This document shows, piece after piece, positions 34,781 through 48,160 of a stretch of DNA of 64,000 bases; the stretch's first letter is position 1; every line of letters starts with the position of its first letter. Position numbers and translations under genes: made by a program. Under the pieces are notes generated by a model that made no database searches, was not told the DNA's origin, and saw only the letters and a program-made list of their open reading frames with translations. This stretch comes from Macrostomum lignano (taxonomy: Eukaryota), in NCBI GenBank assembly GCA_002269645.1, contig NIVC01003311.1, forward strand, positions 40,535 through 104,534, written 5' to 3'.

Positions 34781-37700
34781 CTGTGTCTGTATGTCTCTCT
34801 TTATGTCTATCTTTGTGCCAGTGCATAGTTGTGCCATTCCGAGCAAGCCATGCTAGATACCAGAACTTATTAAACGTTTCGACAGCTCCCCTACCATCTT
34901 ATTAGACTAGCATGAAACTAATATTTCATAAAATGAGGATACAATTATGTAGCCTCACCAGCTTATCAGTTGACTACTACTCAGCCTTGCGCCTAAAAAA
35001 TGCTGCACATATTTGGCTTGCAGCCTGAGCACAGCGGCAATAAAATTTGGGTCCGCTTGGCTGCTGGAGTAAACTGACACGAGCGGTGCTTAGGCTGATC
35101 GACTGGTTTTCCTGCACCTTATAAACCTACCGCCCTGACAGTTAAAACATTTATTGAATTTACTATGTGCCGAGTAGACTACTTTGAGCTAGTATTATAA
35201 AATGAATGTTTTTTACTTTTATGTTATCGGAGCGTAATTATCTAATTCTCGGTTTTTTTAATTGTGGTAACTATTTTATGTTATCACTGGCTGATTGTGT
35301 CTGTATGAGTCTTATTGGTGTCTGTAATTGTCTGTATGAGTCTAGTTGGTGTCTGTAATTGTCTGTTTGTGTCTGTACGAGTCTCATTGGTGTCTGCAAT
35401 TGTCTGTATGAGTCTTATTGGTGTCTGTAATTGTCTGTATGAGTCTAGTTGGTGTCTGTAATTGTCTGTTTGTGTCTGTACGAGTCTCATTGGTGTCTGT
35501 AATCGTCTGTATGAGTCTTATTGGTGTCTGTAATTGTCTGTATGAGTCTAGTTGGTGTCTGTAATTGTCTGTTTGTGTCTGTACGAGTCTCATTGGTGTC
35601 TGCAATTGTCTGTATGAGTCTTATTGGTGTCTGTAATTGTCTGTATGAGTCTAGTTGGTGTCTGTAATTGTCTGTTTGTGTCTGTACGAGTCTCATTGGT
35701 GTCTGTAATCGTCTGTATGAGTCTTATTGGTGTCTGTAATTGTCTGTATGAGTCTAGTTGGTGTCTGTAATTGTCTGTTTGTGTCTGTACGAGTCTCATT
35801 GGTGTCTGTAATCGTCTGTATGAGTCTTATTGGTGTCTGTAATTGTCTGTATGAGTCTAGTTGGTGTCTGTAATTGTCTGTTTGTGTCTGTACGAGTCTC
35901 ATTGGTGTCTGTAATCGTCTGTATGAGCCTAGTTGTTGTCTGTAATTGTCTGTATGAGTCTAGTTGGTGTCTGTAATTGTCTGTTTGTGTCTGTACGAGT
36001 CTCATTGGTGTCTGTAATCGTCTGTATGAGTCTTATTGGTGTCTGTAATTGTCTGTATGAGTCTAGTTGGTGTCTGTAATTGTCTGTTTGTGTCTGTACG
36101 AGTCTCATTGGTGTCTGTAATCGTCTGTATGAGCCTAGTTGTTGTCTGTAATTGTCTGTATGAGTCTAGTTGGTGTCTGTAATTGTCTGTTTGTGTCTGT
36201 ACGAGTCTCATTGGTGTCTGTAATCGTCTGTATGAGTCTTATTGGTGTCTGTAATTGTCTGTATGAGTCTAGTTGGTGTCTGTAATTGTCTGTTTGTGTC
36301 TGTACGAGTCTCATTGGTGTCTGTAATTGTCTGTATGAGTCTTATTGGTGTCTGTAATTGTCTGTATGAGTCTAGTTGGTGTCTGTAATTGTCTGTTTGT
36401 GTCTGTACGAGTCTCATTGGTGTCTGTAATCGTCTGTATGAGTCTTATTGGTGTCTGTAATTGTCTGTATGAGTCTAGTTGGTGTCTGTAATTGTCTGTT
36501 TGTGTCTGTACGAGTCTCATTGGTGTCTGCAATTGTCTGTATGAGTCTTATTGGTGTCTGTAATTGTCTGTATGAGTCTAGTTGGTGTCTGTAATTGTCT
36601 GTTTGTGTCTGTACGAGTCTCATTGGTGTCTGTAATCGTCTGTATGAGCCTAGTTGTTGTCTGTAATTGTCTGTTTGTGTCTGTATGAGCCAGTCTATAT
36701 GGTTTCTGTAATTTTGCTTGTCTGTTTGTGTCTGTACGAATCTTGTTCGTTTTTGTAATTCTGTCTGCTTGTTTGTCTGTGTAAGTATAGTTTGTGTCTG
36801 AAATTCTGTATGTGTCTAGTTGTTGTCTGTATTTTGTCTGTAAGCCTATGTAAGTCCAGCTGTAAATTTGTAATTCTTTCTGTTTGTCTGTTTATAGGTG
36901 TAGCTATACTTATACTACTTTTCTGTAATTCTGTAATTTGTATTAAATCCCTTGCAATTTCTTTTTCAACCTTCAAATTCTTGTAATCTTCTGCCCCTTC
37001 TCTGCCAAAAACTGTCTAATCAACTTTGTGTTGAGCAGCAGCTTCAAAGCTCTCTTGCTACTTCATGCCAGGGTCTTCGCTAGTTAGCCAGTGCAGTTAT
37101 CAACTGATCTGTTTGAGAGACTGAATTTTATCGTTGCATCGCTTGTATGGGGATCTGCCTGGCTGCTAATGAGCTGCACTGATGTGAGTAAATTCAATCA
37201 AGCCTTCAAGACTCGCGCTCGTTAGAGACACTTTGACTAAATGAGTCCGGCTTCCTCCTGTAACTGACTGCCTGCTTTTTAGTAGATTTGCTGAGAATCT
37301 CTTCTGGAATAGTTTCCATGAAGTTCGTGGTGCACGCTGGATTTTCATTTCAGCTTTTAATTTGCCAGGGTTAACTGCTAATGTGTCGTCCTCAGTTGCT
37401 GGGCCAGCCTCCCAGATCCTCAGTTGCTGGGCCAGCCTCCCAGTTCCTCAGTTGCTGGGCCTGCCTCCCAGATCCCCAGTTGCTGGGCCAGCCCCCCAGA
37501 TCCTCAGTTGCTGGGCCAGCCTCCCAGATCCTCAGTTGCTGGGCCAGCCTCCCAGATCTTCAGTTGCTGGGCCAGCCTCCCAGATCCTCAGTTGCTGGGC
37601 CAGCCTCTCAGATCCTCAGTTGCTGGGCCAGCCTCCTAAGATCCCCAGTTGCAGGTCCAACATCACTACTGTTACCAGACGTTGAGAAAAAAGTCTCAAC

Positions 37701-38377
37701 AAACTCAAAATATAAACTTTTATCGACACAAAGATAAGCAAATCTATGTTGACATTTGCATGGTTTATACTCTTAGCTATTTCGAATCAGTTCGAATCTG
37801 TCAGTTCCCATGATAACCCGGGGATGTCCAACCCTATTTCCTATAAAATTGCATCCGATCCAAACCGGCGAAGGCGATAATTCCCTCAGGATATTGCCCG
37901 CCAACACTGTCTGCCGAAACCGTCCACGCCCTTCCCCCTTCCAGGCTCGATCTGTTTGTCCTCGCTTTGCTTGTAGCGAGGCAATCTCTCTCTCTCTCCC
38001 TCTCTCTCTAGCCGTCTTTCTGGTTTTCTGCCAATTCCCACATGGCTTTGCTGTTTCTATGAATGCCTCTGTGCAGCACTGCCTTCAATTATTTGTCTGT
38101 CTGTCTGTCGGTGCCCTTTTCCTCTCTTGTTTTCTAATATTATTGTTCGGGAATTGGTGAATTGTGGGGAAATGAAATGTTTTTTTTCTTTGTATCGGCT
38201 TCTGGTAGATTGATTGATTGACAGACAGACAGACGGACGGGAATAAGACAGAGTGATAAGCAGGTAAGGTATGTATAATTATATATAACTCAGCTGATAA
38301 GGTGAGACACACAGAGACAGACAGACATATAATAGACAGACAGGCAGACAGACCGACAGACAGACAGACAGACAGGC

Positions 38378-38410
<33 letters not shown>

Positions 38411-38479
38411 GGCAGGCAGACAGACAGACAGACAGGCAGGCAGACAGACAGATAGGCAGACAGACAGACAGACAGGTAA

Positions 38480-38548
<69 letters not shown>

Positions 38549-38657
38549 CGGACAGACGGACAGACAGGCAGACAGACAGACAGGCAGACAGACAGAAAGA
38601 CAGACAGACAGACAGACAGAATGACAGACAGACAGACAGACAGACAGACAGGCAGGC

Positions 38658-38688
<31 letters not shown>

Positions 38689-38766
38689 ATGACAGACAGA
38701 CAGACAGACAGACAGACAGGCAGGCAGACAGACAGACAGACGGACGGACAGACAGGCAGACAGACC

Positions 38767-38821
<55 letters not shown>

Positions 38822-38892
38822 GGACAGACAGACAGACAGACGGATAAACAGATAGACAGACAGACAGACAAACAGACACAGACAGACAGACC

Positions 38893-38950
<58 letters not shown>

Positions 38951-41900
38951 AAGACAGTCTAGCGAGTGTTTCACATCTTGTGAATAAACATTGCCTAGCA
39001 GTGCAATGAAGACAGCAGCATGCCTAAGCTCTCCCCGATGGGTTTCTCGCACAGCCGAGCTTATTTATAATTCTTTTCTTATTACTTTCCTCTGTTTCCA
39101 ATAATAGCTGGTTCCACTCGGCTCTCTTCCCTAATACCCATATTTACCATTCATTGCTAGCGGCTTATGTGGGACTTTTGGAGCCGATCATGCTGTAGAA
39201 AATGAAAAGAGCAGTTGAAGTTGGCGGCCTTAAATTGATCACGAAATGCTTTGGGAGCTGCTAATACTGGATTTATTGGTCTTTTTTGTGAGCGTGTCAT
39301 AAAAACTCTATTAGTGGTCTTCGAGGCCACACAGTATAATTCCCCTTGGGATTTACTTGTAAAATTGGCTTGGCTGAAGTCCTCTTTCCTAAGTTGTAAA
39401 AATATTGGAAACTTCTGTATTAATATCTCTGTTAATAGTAAAGACTTCTATAGCCATTGGCTCAGCTGACCCAGGCGGATTAGTCTGCCTTGGGAATTGG
39501 GAAAAGAATTAAGAGGATTAGGATTGGGATTAGAACCCGCTTGGAATTTGTTAGTCTACTATTTTTCCGTGAACCCTGTGCGACGTCACTCCACGCTGGG
39601 TTCCCTAGTGACTCCGCCGTGAAGCTTCTTGTCACTCGCTAACCAGCATTAAGCATTTCCAGCTTCCTAAATCTAAGCATTCTTGTTCACTAAGCATCAC
39701 TTAGATCACTCTAATAATGCAACCTTGTCACTCTAAGAAAGCATCCTTGTCACTCTAAGAAAGCATCCTTGTCACTCTAAGAAAGCAATCTTGTCACTCT
39801 GATGAAGCATCTTGTCACTCCAATAAAGCATCCTTGTCACTTCGAATAAATGACCCTTGTCAGTCTAATAATGAATCCTTGTCACTCTAAGAAAGCATCC
39901 TTGTCACTCTGATAAAGCATCCTTGTCACTCTAATAAAGCATCCTTGTCACTCTAAGAAAGCAATCTTGTCACTCTAAGAAAGCAATCTTGTCACTAATG
40001 AAACATCCTTGTCACTCTAATAAATCAACCTCGTCACTTTATTAAAGGCATCCTTGTCACTCCAATAAAGCATCCTTGTCACTTCGAATAAAGGACCCTT
40101 GTCACTCTAATAATGAATCCTTGTCACTCTAAGAAAGCATCCTTGTCACTCTGATAAAGCATCCTTGTCACTCTGATGAAGCATCCTTGTCACTCTGATA
40201 AAGCATCCTTGTCACTTCGAATAAAGGACCCTTGTCACTCTAATAATGAATCCTTGTCACTCTAAGAAAGCATCCTTGTCACTCTAAGAAAGCATCCTTG
40301 TCACTCTGATAAAGCATCTTGTCACTCCAATAAAGCATCCTTGTCACTTCGAATAAAGGACCCTTGTCACTCTAATAATGAATCCTTGTCACTCTAAGAA
40401 AGCATCCTTGTCACTCTGATAAAGCATCCTTGTCACTCTGATGAAGCATCCTTATCACTCTAATAAAGCATCCTTGTCACTCTGATGAAGCATCCTTGTC
40501 ACTCTGATGAAGCATCCTTATCACTCTAATAAAGCATCCTTGTCACTCTGATGAAGCATCCTTGTCACTCTGATGAAGCATCCTTGTCACTCTAATAAAG
40601 CATCCTTGTCACTCTAATAAAGCATCCTTGTCACTCTGATGAAGCATCCTTATCACTCTAATAAAGCATCCTTATCACTCTGATGAAGCATCCTTGTCAC
40701 TCTGATGAAGCATCCTTATCACTCTAATAAAGCATCCTTGTCACTCTGATGAAGCATCCTTGTCACTCTGATGAAGCATCCTTGTCACTCTAATAAAGCA
40801 TTCTTGTCACTCTGATGAAGCATCCTTGTCACTCTAATAAAGCATCCTTGTCACTCTGATGAAGCATCCTTATCACTCTAATAAAGCATCCTTATCACTC
40901 TGATGAAGCATCCTTGTCACTCTGATGAAGCATCCTTGTCACTCTAATAAAGCATCCTTGTCACTCTGATGAAGCATCCTTATCACTCTAATAAAGCATC
41001 CTTATCACTCTGATGAAGCATCCTTGTCACTCTGATGAAGCATCCTTGTCACTCTAATAAAGCATCCTTGTCACTCTGATGAAGCATCCTTATCACTCTA
41101 ATAAAGCATCCTTATCACTCTGATGAAGCATCCTTGTCACTCTGATGAAGCATCCTTGTCACTCTAAGAAAGCATCCTTGTCACTCTAATGAAGCAAGCT
41201 TGTCACTTCGAAAGAAGCAAACTCCTTGTTGTCACTGTAAACCGCAGAATCAGTCTTGACAATTCAATTTCGAACGGTGCTCAAATTCTGTCGCCATTCA
41301 TTCAATCAAACATTTGATGCGAAAATAATTTCAGAAACTCACTCGGTTGGAACGCCGAATCGGTATGGAATTTCAGCACATTCGTTTGCTTGCTCAGAGC
41401 TTGTCTTACACCAGACGGTTCAATCAGCTGACTCTGTGAGTTCCCTCGTTTTAGATTTTGCTTTGTCTTTTTGACTGCGTATTCTTGATATCTGTCTCCA
41501 TTCTATCCTATCCACCCCAATTATATCCTGTCTATCCCCATTCTATCTTGTCTATCCCCATTCTATCCTGTCTATCCCCATTCTATCCTGTCTATCCCCA
41601 TTCTATCCTGTCTATACCCATTCTATCCTGTCTATCCCCATTCTATCCTGTCTATCCCCATTCTATCCTGTCTATCCCCATTCTATCCTGTCTATCCCCA
41701 TTCTATCCTGTCTATCCCCATTCTATCCTGTCTATCCCCATTCTATCCTATCCACCCCAATTCTATCCTGTCTATCCCCATTCTATCCTATCCACCCCAA
41801 TTCTATCCTGTCTATCCCCATTCTATCCTGTCTATCCCCATTCTATCCTTTCCATCCTTATTCTATCATGTCTATCCCCGTTCTATCCTGTCTATCCCCA

Positions 41901-44900
41901 TTCTATCCTGTCTATCATCATACTATACTATCTACCCCCCATTCTATCCTGTCTATCCCCATTCTCTCCTGTCTATCCCCATTCTATCCTGTCTATCCCC
42001 ATTCTCTCCTGTCTATCCCCATTCTATCCTGTCTATCCCCATTCTATCCTGTCTATCCCCATTCTATCCTGTCTATCCCCATTCTATCCTGTCTATCCCC
42101 ATTCTATCCTATCCACCCCAATTCTATCCTGTCTATCCCCATTCTATCCTATCCACCCCAATTCTATCCTGTCTATCCCCATTCTATCCTGTCTATCCCC
42201 ATTCTATCCTTTCCATCCTTATTCTATCATGTCTATCCCCGTTCTATCCTGTCTATCCCCATTCTATCCTGTCTATCATCATACTATACTATCTACCCCC
42301 CATTCTATCCTGTCTATCCCCATTCTCTCCTGTCTATCCCCATTCTATCCTGTCTATCCCCATTCTCTCCTGTCTATCCCCATTCTATCCTGTCTATCCC
42401 CATTCTATCCTGTCTATCCCCATTCTATCCTGTCTATCCCCATTCTATACTATCTACCCCCATTCTCTCCTGTCTATCCCCATTCTCTCCTGTCTATCCC
42501 CATTCTATCTTGTCTATCCCCATTCTATCCTGTCTATCCCATTCTATCCTGTCCATCCCCATTTTATCCTGTCTATCCCCATTCTCTCCTGTCTATCCCC
42601 ATTCTATCCTGTCTATCCCCATTCTATCCTGTCTATCCCCATTCTATCCTGTCTATCCCCATTCTATCCTGTCTATCCCCATTCTATCCTGTCTATCCCC
42701 ATTCTATCCTGTCTATCCCCATTCTATCCTGTCTATCCCCATTCTATCCTGTCTATCCCCATTCTATCCTGTCTATCCCCATTCTATCCTGTCTATCCCC
42801 ATTCTATCCTGTCTATCCCCATTTTATCCTGTCTATCCCCATTCTATCCTGTCTATCCCCATTTTATCCTGTCTATCCCCATTCTATCCTGTCTATCTCC
42901 ATTCTATCCTGTCTATCCCCATTCTATCCTGTCTATCCCCATTTTATCCTGTCTATCCCCATTCTATCCTGTCTATCCCCATTCTATCCTGTCTATCTCC
43001 ATTCTATCCTGTCTATCCCATTCTATCCTGTCCATCCCCATTCTATCCTTTCTATCCCCATTCTACTCTGTCTGTCCCCATTCTATCCCATCTATATTCA
43101 GTCTATCCTATCTTTATTTCTATCTATCTGTCTCCATTATATCCTATCTAGCCCCTGAAAATCACCCCGAGTCAATTAAGAATTTCCCTCAGCTAAATAA
43201 GAATCGCCCTCAGCTAAATCAGAATCGCCCTCAGCTAAATCAGAATCGCCCTCAGCTAAATCAGAATCGCCCTCAGCTAAATTAGAAACACAATCAGCTA
43301 AATTAGAATCGCCCTCAGCTACATTAGAATCGCCCTGAGCTAAATTTGAATCGCCCTCAGCTTGATTAGAATCGCCCTCAGCTACATTAGAATCGCCCTG
43401 AGCTAAATTTGAATCGCCCTCAGCTAAATGAGAATCGCCCTCAGCTAAATGAGAATCGCCCTCAGCTAAGTTAGAATCGCCCTCAGATAAGTTTGAATCG
43501 CCCTCAGCTAAATCTGAATCGCCCTCAGCTAAATCAGAATCGCCCTAAGCTAAATCAGAATCGCCCTAAGCTAAATCAGAATCGCCCTCAGCTAAATCAG
43601 AACCGCCCTCAGCTAAATCAGAATCGCCCTAAGCTAAATCAGAATCGCCCTAAGCTAAATCAGAATCGCCCTCAGCTAAATCAGAATCGCCCTCAGCTAA
43701 ATCAGAATCGCCCTAAGCTAAATCAGAATCGCCCTCAGCTAAAATAAATTAAAACCTCTCGTACTCCAAAATCCTCCAGTGGCAACAACCAGCGCCTCGA
43801 GCACCTTGGCGACACACTGCTCAAGTTCGTGACCACCGACTACCTGTTCAAGCACTTCCCATATCACCACGAGGGCCACCTGTCAATCCTGCGGAACACC
43901 ATGGCCAACAAGTACACCCAGGGCCAGGTGTGCCGCGACCTCGGCCTCACCGAGTTCATCATCGAGGACACCCCGGCCGCACCGTCAGCCCTTCTATCAT
44001 TGGACGCCGATTCGAAGATCTTCGCCGACGTGCTTGAATCCTTTGTCGGAGCAGTCTTTGTGGACAAAGATCTCACCTGGGTAGAGCGACTCTGCCAGGT
44101 GTGCTTCTTTCCCCGCCTAGTTGAGTTCATTCTCACTCAGGAATGGAACGATCCGAAGTCGAAGCTGCAGCAGTGCTGTTTGACTCTCCGCGATCGGGAC
44201 AGCAAGCCGGAACTAGCCCGCTACGTGCTGGACAGCTGCACCGGGGGCAGCAACAATCGTTGCTTTCGAATCTCGGTCTATTTTCGCAACGTTAAACTTG
44301 GCGAAGGCTCCGGCAAGTCGGTGAAGGTGGCGCAGATGAACGCCGCCAAGAACGCCCTGCAGCAGAATCAGGACAGCTTCCCGGTGCTGCAGTTCCATCA
44401 GCAGGTCATTGAGCAGCGCTACTCGCCCTCTCTGCGAGCCAGCATGCTGGCTAAGGTCTACGATAACGACGCCGCCTTGGTGACCGCTTTCACCCATGTG
44501 GACGGTGACACGCCGCTCTATCAGGAGACCGACGGAGGCGACTTGGACGATGTCGGAGAGGCCAGCTTTGATGACGAGGAAGAGGCTGCGGATGCTGATA
44601 AAGATTCCTCAGTTGATGGCGTCGGTGACACAACAACGGCGGCTACCGCCTCTGCGACCAACGCGACAGTCGAGGACAACATGATGCTGGAGATCACCGA
44701 TGATGATGATGATGATGATGAGGCGGATGACAAATCCGACTCCTCCACCAGCTCGTCATCAGCTTCAGCATCTGATACAGATGAGGCTGGCAGCCACCGA
44801 AAGCAGTTGCGACTTGTTAGAAAACGGAAGCTGAATAGCATGCAAGACGATGATGGAGATGATGATGGAGATGCTGGTAACGGCAAAGGCCGGCAGCCCA

Positions 44901-44938
44901 CCGGCACTCTGCTGGATTTGTTCAAGGACAAGCTGTGA
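30231..44938 (+). CDS. DROSHA: Drosha (class 2 RNase III), exons 30231-31820, 32510-34219, 41335-41435, 43780-44938 (1519 aa)
   Basis: [17 protein letters not shown] central domain, YEFEGF and TGLRPDV. RIIIDa [14 protein letters not shown]...DAFEAF; RIIIDb NQRLEHLGD...[10 protein letters not shown]; ds[17 protein letters not shown]. The 101-nt exon 3 ([34 protein letters not shown]) supplies the conserved IRLLAxA segment with correct phases. Confidence 0.96.
30558..30773 (+). repeat. Coding 12-bp tandem repeat (18 x HPPT-like) in Drosha exon 1
   Basis: CATCCGCCTAC(G/A) units, in frame. Confidence 0.93.
31940..32430. repeat. 27-bp minisatellite in Drosha intron 1
   Basis: Unit CAACTCACCAATGATTCACCGATT+3 nt; 9-aa periodic ORFs. 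Confidence 0.92.
34595..34790. repeat. (TCTG)n microsatellite in Drosha intron 2
   Basis: Direct inspection. Confidence 0.93.
35295..36700. repeat. 103-bp higher-order repeat (31+31+41-bp subunits) in Drosha intron 2
   Basis: Subunit TTGGTGTCTGTAATTGTCTGTATGAGTCT; ORF spacing of 103 (35487, 35590, 35693). Confidence 0.95.
37389..37652. repeat. Second copy of the 28-bp PGAM5-A intron minisatellite (~9 units) in Drosha intron 2
   Basis: Same unit CAGTTGCTGGGCCAGCCTCCCAGATCCT, same orientation. Confidence 0.96.
38330..38950. repeat. (GACA)n/(GATA)n compound microsatellite in Drosha intron 2
   Basis: Direct inspection. Confidence 0.96.
39700..41215. repeat. 22-bp minisatellite in Drosha intron 2
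   Basis: Unit CCTTGTCACTCT(AATA/GATG)AAGCAT. Confidence 0.96.
41495..43150. repeat. 20-bp C-rich minisatellite in Drosha intron 3
   Basis: Unit CTATCCTGTCTATCCCCATT. Confidence 0.96.
43190..43742. repeat. 21-bp minisatellite in Drosha intron 3
   Basis: Unit AATCAGAATCGCCCTCAGCTA. Confidence 0.95.
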
Positions 44939-45009
44939 CGCCTGCTGCTGCTGCCCGTGTCTTGCCGAACTCTTCAATAAGATTTGCGATGGGATTTGGT
45001 ATTAGTTAA

Positions 45010-45790
45010 CATTGTGTATGGGATGTATTAGCAATGTGTATGGGATCTGTTAGCGTTGTGTATGGGATCTATTAGAATCGTGTATGGGATGTATTAGCAA
45101 TGTGTATGGGATCTATTAGAATCGTGTATGGGATGTATTAGCAATGTGTATGGGATCTATTAGAATCGTGTATGGGATCTGTTAGCGTTGTGTATGGGAT
45201 CTATTAGAATCGTGTATGGGATCTGTTAGCATTGTGTATGGGATCTATTAGCAATGTGTATGGGATGTATTAGCAATGTGTATGGGATCTATTAGAATCG
45301 TGTATGGGATGTATTAGCAATGTGTATGGGATCTGTTAGCATCGTGTATGGGATCTGTTAGCAATGTGTATGGGATGTATTAGCAATGTGTATGGGATCT
45401 GTTAGCATCGTGTATGGGATCTGTTAGCAATGTGTATGGGATGTATTAGCAATGTGTATGGGATCTGTTAGCAATGTGTATGGGATCTATTAGCAATGTG
45501 TATGGGATCTGTTAGCAATGTGTATAGGATCTGTTAGCAATGTGTATGGGATCTGTTAGCAATGTGTATGGGATCTGTTAGCAATGTGTATGGGATCTGT
45601 TAGCAATGTGTATGGGATCTGTTAGCAATGTGTATGGGATCTGTTAGCAATGTGTATGGGATCTGTTAGCATTGTGTATGGGATCTGTTAGCAATGTGTA
45701 TGGGATCTATTAGCATCGTGTATGGGATCTGTTAGCAATGTGTATGGGATCTAATAGCGTTGTGTATGGGATGTATTAGCATGTGTATGG
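45010..45790. repeat. 22-bp minisatellite downstream of the Drosha stop codon
   Basis: Unit TGTGTATGGGATCTGTTAGCAA. Confidence 0.95.
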
Positions 45791-45809
45791 TATCTATTAG
45801 CGTTTATGA

Positions 45810-46125
45810 GATCTGGGATTATGTTGGGGTCTATAATCATAAAGTATGGGATTATGACGTGGTCTATGAGCATAGAGGATGGGATTATAATGGGATCTAT
45901 GTGCATAGAGGATGGGATTATAATGGGGTCTATGTGCATAAAGGAGATGGGATTCAAGGATGGGGTCTATGAGCATAGAGGATGGGATTATGATGGGTTC
46001 TATGTGCATAGAGGATGGGATTATGATGGGTTCTATGAGCATAGAGGATGGGATTATGATGGGTTCTATGATCATAGAGGATGGGATTCAAGGATGGGGT
46101 CTATGAGCATAGAGGATGGGATTAG
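45810..46125. repeat. 33-bp minisatellite adjoining the previous array
   Basis: Unit GAGCATAGAGGATGGGATTATGATGGGTTCTAT. Confidence 0.88.
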
Positions 46126-46546
46126 GATGTGTTCTAGACTTATTATGAATAAGGTGGCAATGTCAATTGATAATCTATTTATTCAAATTCACGATTGGCT
46201 CCCCGGTTGTTTATTGTATGAATTTTTATTCCTGAAAAAGTTCAAAGTACGAGGCTCGTGACAAACAATTCTTGTTACCTGTGCTGCACTAATTTAAACT
46301 GCTCTTCTGCTGTTATCCTGAAAACTGTTGACTTTATTACTGTGCCAGAGTATGTTTAACACCCTCCTATTTCGCTTGCAAGTAGTTAATATTGTTAGTA
46401 AACATTTTTAGCTCTGAAAGGCCACACAGGGTATTATTTATGGTATTAAATAAACTAATACTCTATGTTAATCTGTGCCGTTATGAATAATAAATAATTG
46501 TGGCTTCTTGATGTGTCACGTTTGTGTTTGGCACTTCTTTATGACA

Positions 46547-46558
46547 GATAGACAGAAT

Positions 46559-46594
<36 letters not shown>

Positions 46595-46669
46595 GTCACT
46601 AAGGCAGACAGACAGACAGACAGACAGTCACTAAGGCAGACAGACAGACAGACAGACAGTCACTAAGGC

Positions 46670-46729
<60 letters not shown>

Positions 46730-46765
46730 CGACAGACAGACAGACAGACAAACAGATAGACAGGC

Positions 46766-46822
<57 letters not shown>

Positions 46823-46836
46823 AACAGATAGACAGG

Positions 46837-46878
<42 letters not shown>

Positions 46879-46985
46879 AACAGATAGACAGGCAGACAGG
46901 CAGACAGACATACATACAGACACTAAGACAGACAGACACTAAGACAGACAGACAGGCAGACAGGCAGACAGACAGACAGACACTA

Positions 46986-47034
<49 letters not shown>

Positions 47035-47161
47035 GGCAGACAGACAGGCAGGCAGGCAGGCAGACAGACAGACAGACAGACAGACATACATACAGACACT
47101 AAGACAGACAGACACTAAGACAGACAGACAGGCAGACAGGCAGACAGACAGACAGACACTA

Positions 47162-47194
<33 letters not shown>

Positions 47195-47295
47195 GGCAGA
47201 CAGACAGGCAGGCAGGCAGACAGACAGACAGACAGACAGGCTGGCAGGCAGGCAGACAGACAGACAGGCAGGCAGGCAGGCAGACAGACAGGCAG
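46547..47295. repeat. (GACA)n microsatellite with CACTAAG interruptions
   Basis: Direct inspection. Confidence 0.96.
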
Positions 47296-47694
47296 ACGCA
47301 TCCAGATCCAGCCAGAGGGCATGGTTAGGCCGAGGCCTTCTACCTATCAGCAATACAATTAAATAGCGGTTGGTTTGTTCACCAATTAAAAACTGGAGTC
47401 ACTGCATTTCACTTTAACGTCAATATCAATTTTATGCTTGCTCAGCATCCAGCCAGTGGTTATTGATTGACACACTGACAGCCTGCTAGAACGATATTCA
47501 TATCAGTGCGAATTGAGCACTTCAGCTCTGCCGTTTGTATGCAGTTCGATTACTGGGTAAATGCTGATTAAACATTTTGATCTTCTCTGCAAGGTCATCT
47601 GTCACTCATTTTAATGCCTGCATGGCAGCTCTGTATTTTCCGCTGTCAGCGCCCACCCTGTGTGCTTAACTGGCGTGTCTGGCTCCCCTCTGGC

Positions 47695-48160
47695 CTCTTC
47701 TCTCACTCTCTCTGCCCTCTTCTCTCACTCTTTCTACCCTCTCTTCTCTCACTCTCTCTACCCTCTCTTCTCTCACTCTCTCTACCCTCTCTTCTCTCAC
47801 TCTCTCTACCCTCTCTTCTCTCACTCTCTCTACCCTCTCTTCTCTCACTCTCTCTGCCCTCTCTTCTCTCACTCTCTCTACCCTCTCTTCTCTCACTCTC
47901 TTTCCCCTCTTTAACCACTCTCCCCACTCTCCCCACTCTCCCCTCTCCCCACACTTCTCTTTCTGCCTACTCTCCCCTCTCCTCACTCTCCCACTATCCC
48001 TATCCTCCCACTCTCCCCTCTTCCATTCTCCCCACTTCCTCACTCCCCATTCCCCCCACTCCCCTCTCTCCCCAGTCTCTTCTCTCTCTCCACTATCCAC
48101 TCCCCACTCTCCTCGCTCCACCCTCTTCTCTCCCTGTCTCCCCTCTTTCCCGTCTCTGTT
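47695..48160. repeat. CT-rich 24-bp repeat grading into a polypyrimidine tract
   Basis: Unit CTCTCTACCCTCTCTTCTCTCACT. Confidence 0.9.

Noticed and set aside
34925-35030. Box C/D snoRNA-like ATGAGGA...CTGA in Drosha intron 2
   Set aside because: The C box is non-canonical, there is no terminal stem and no identifiable guide.
36700-39120. Possible nested minus-strand exons in Drosha intron 2
   Set aside because: The open frames are short, I found no consistent donor/acceptor chain, and no motifs were recognisable.
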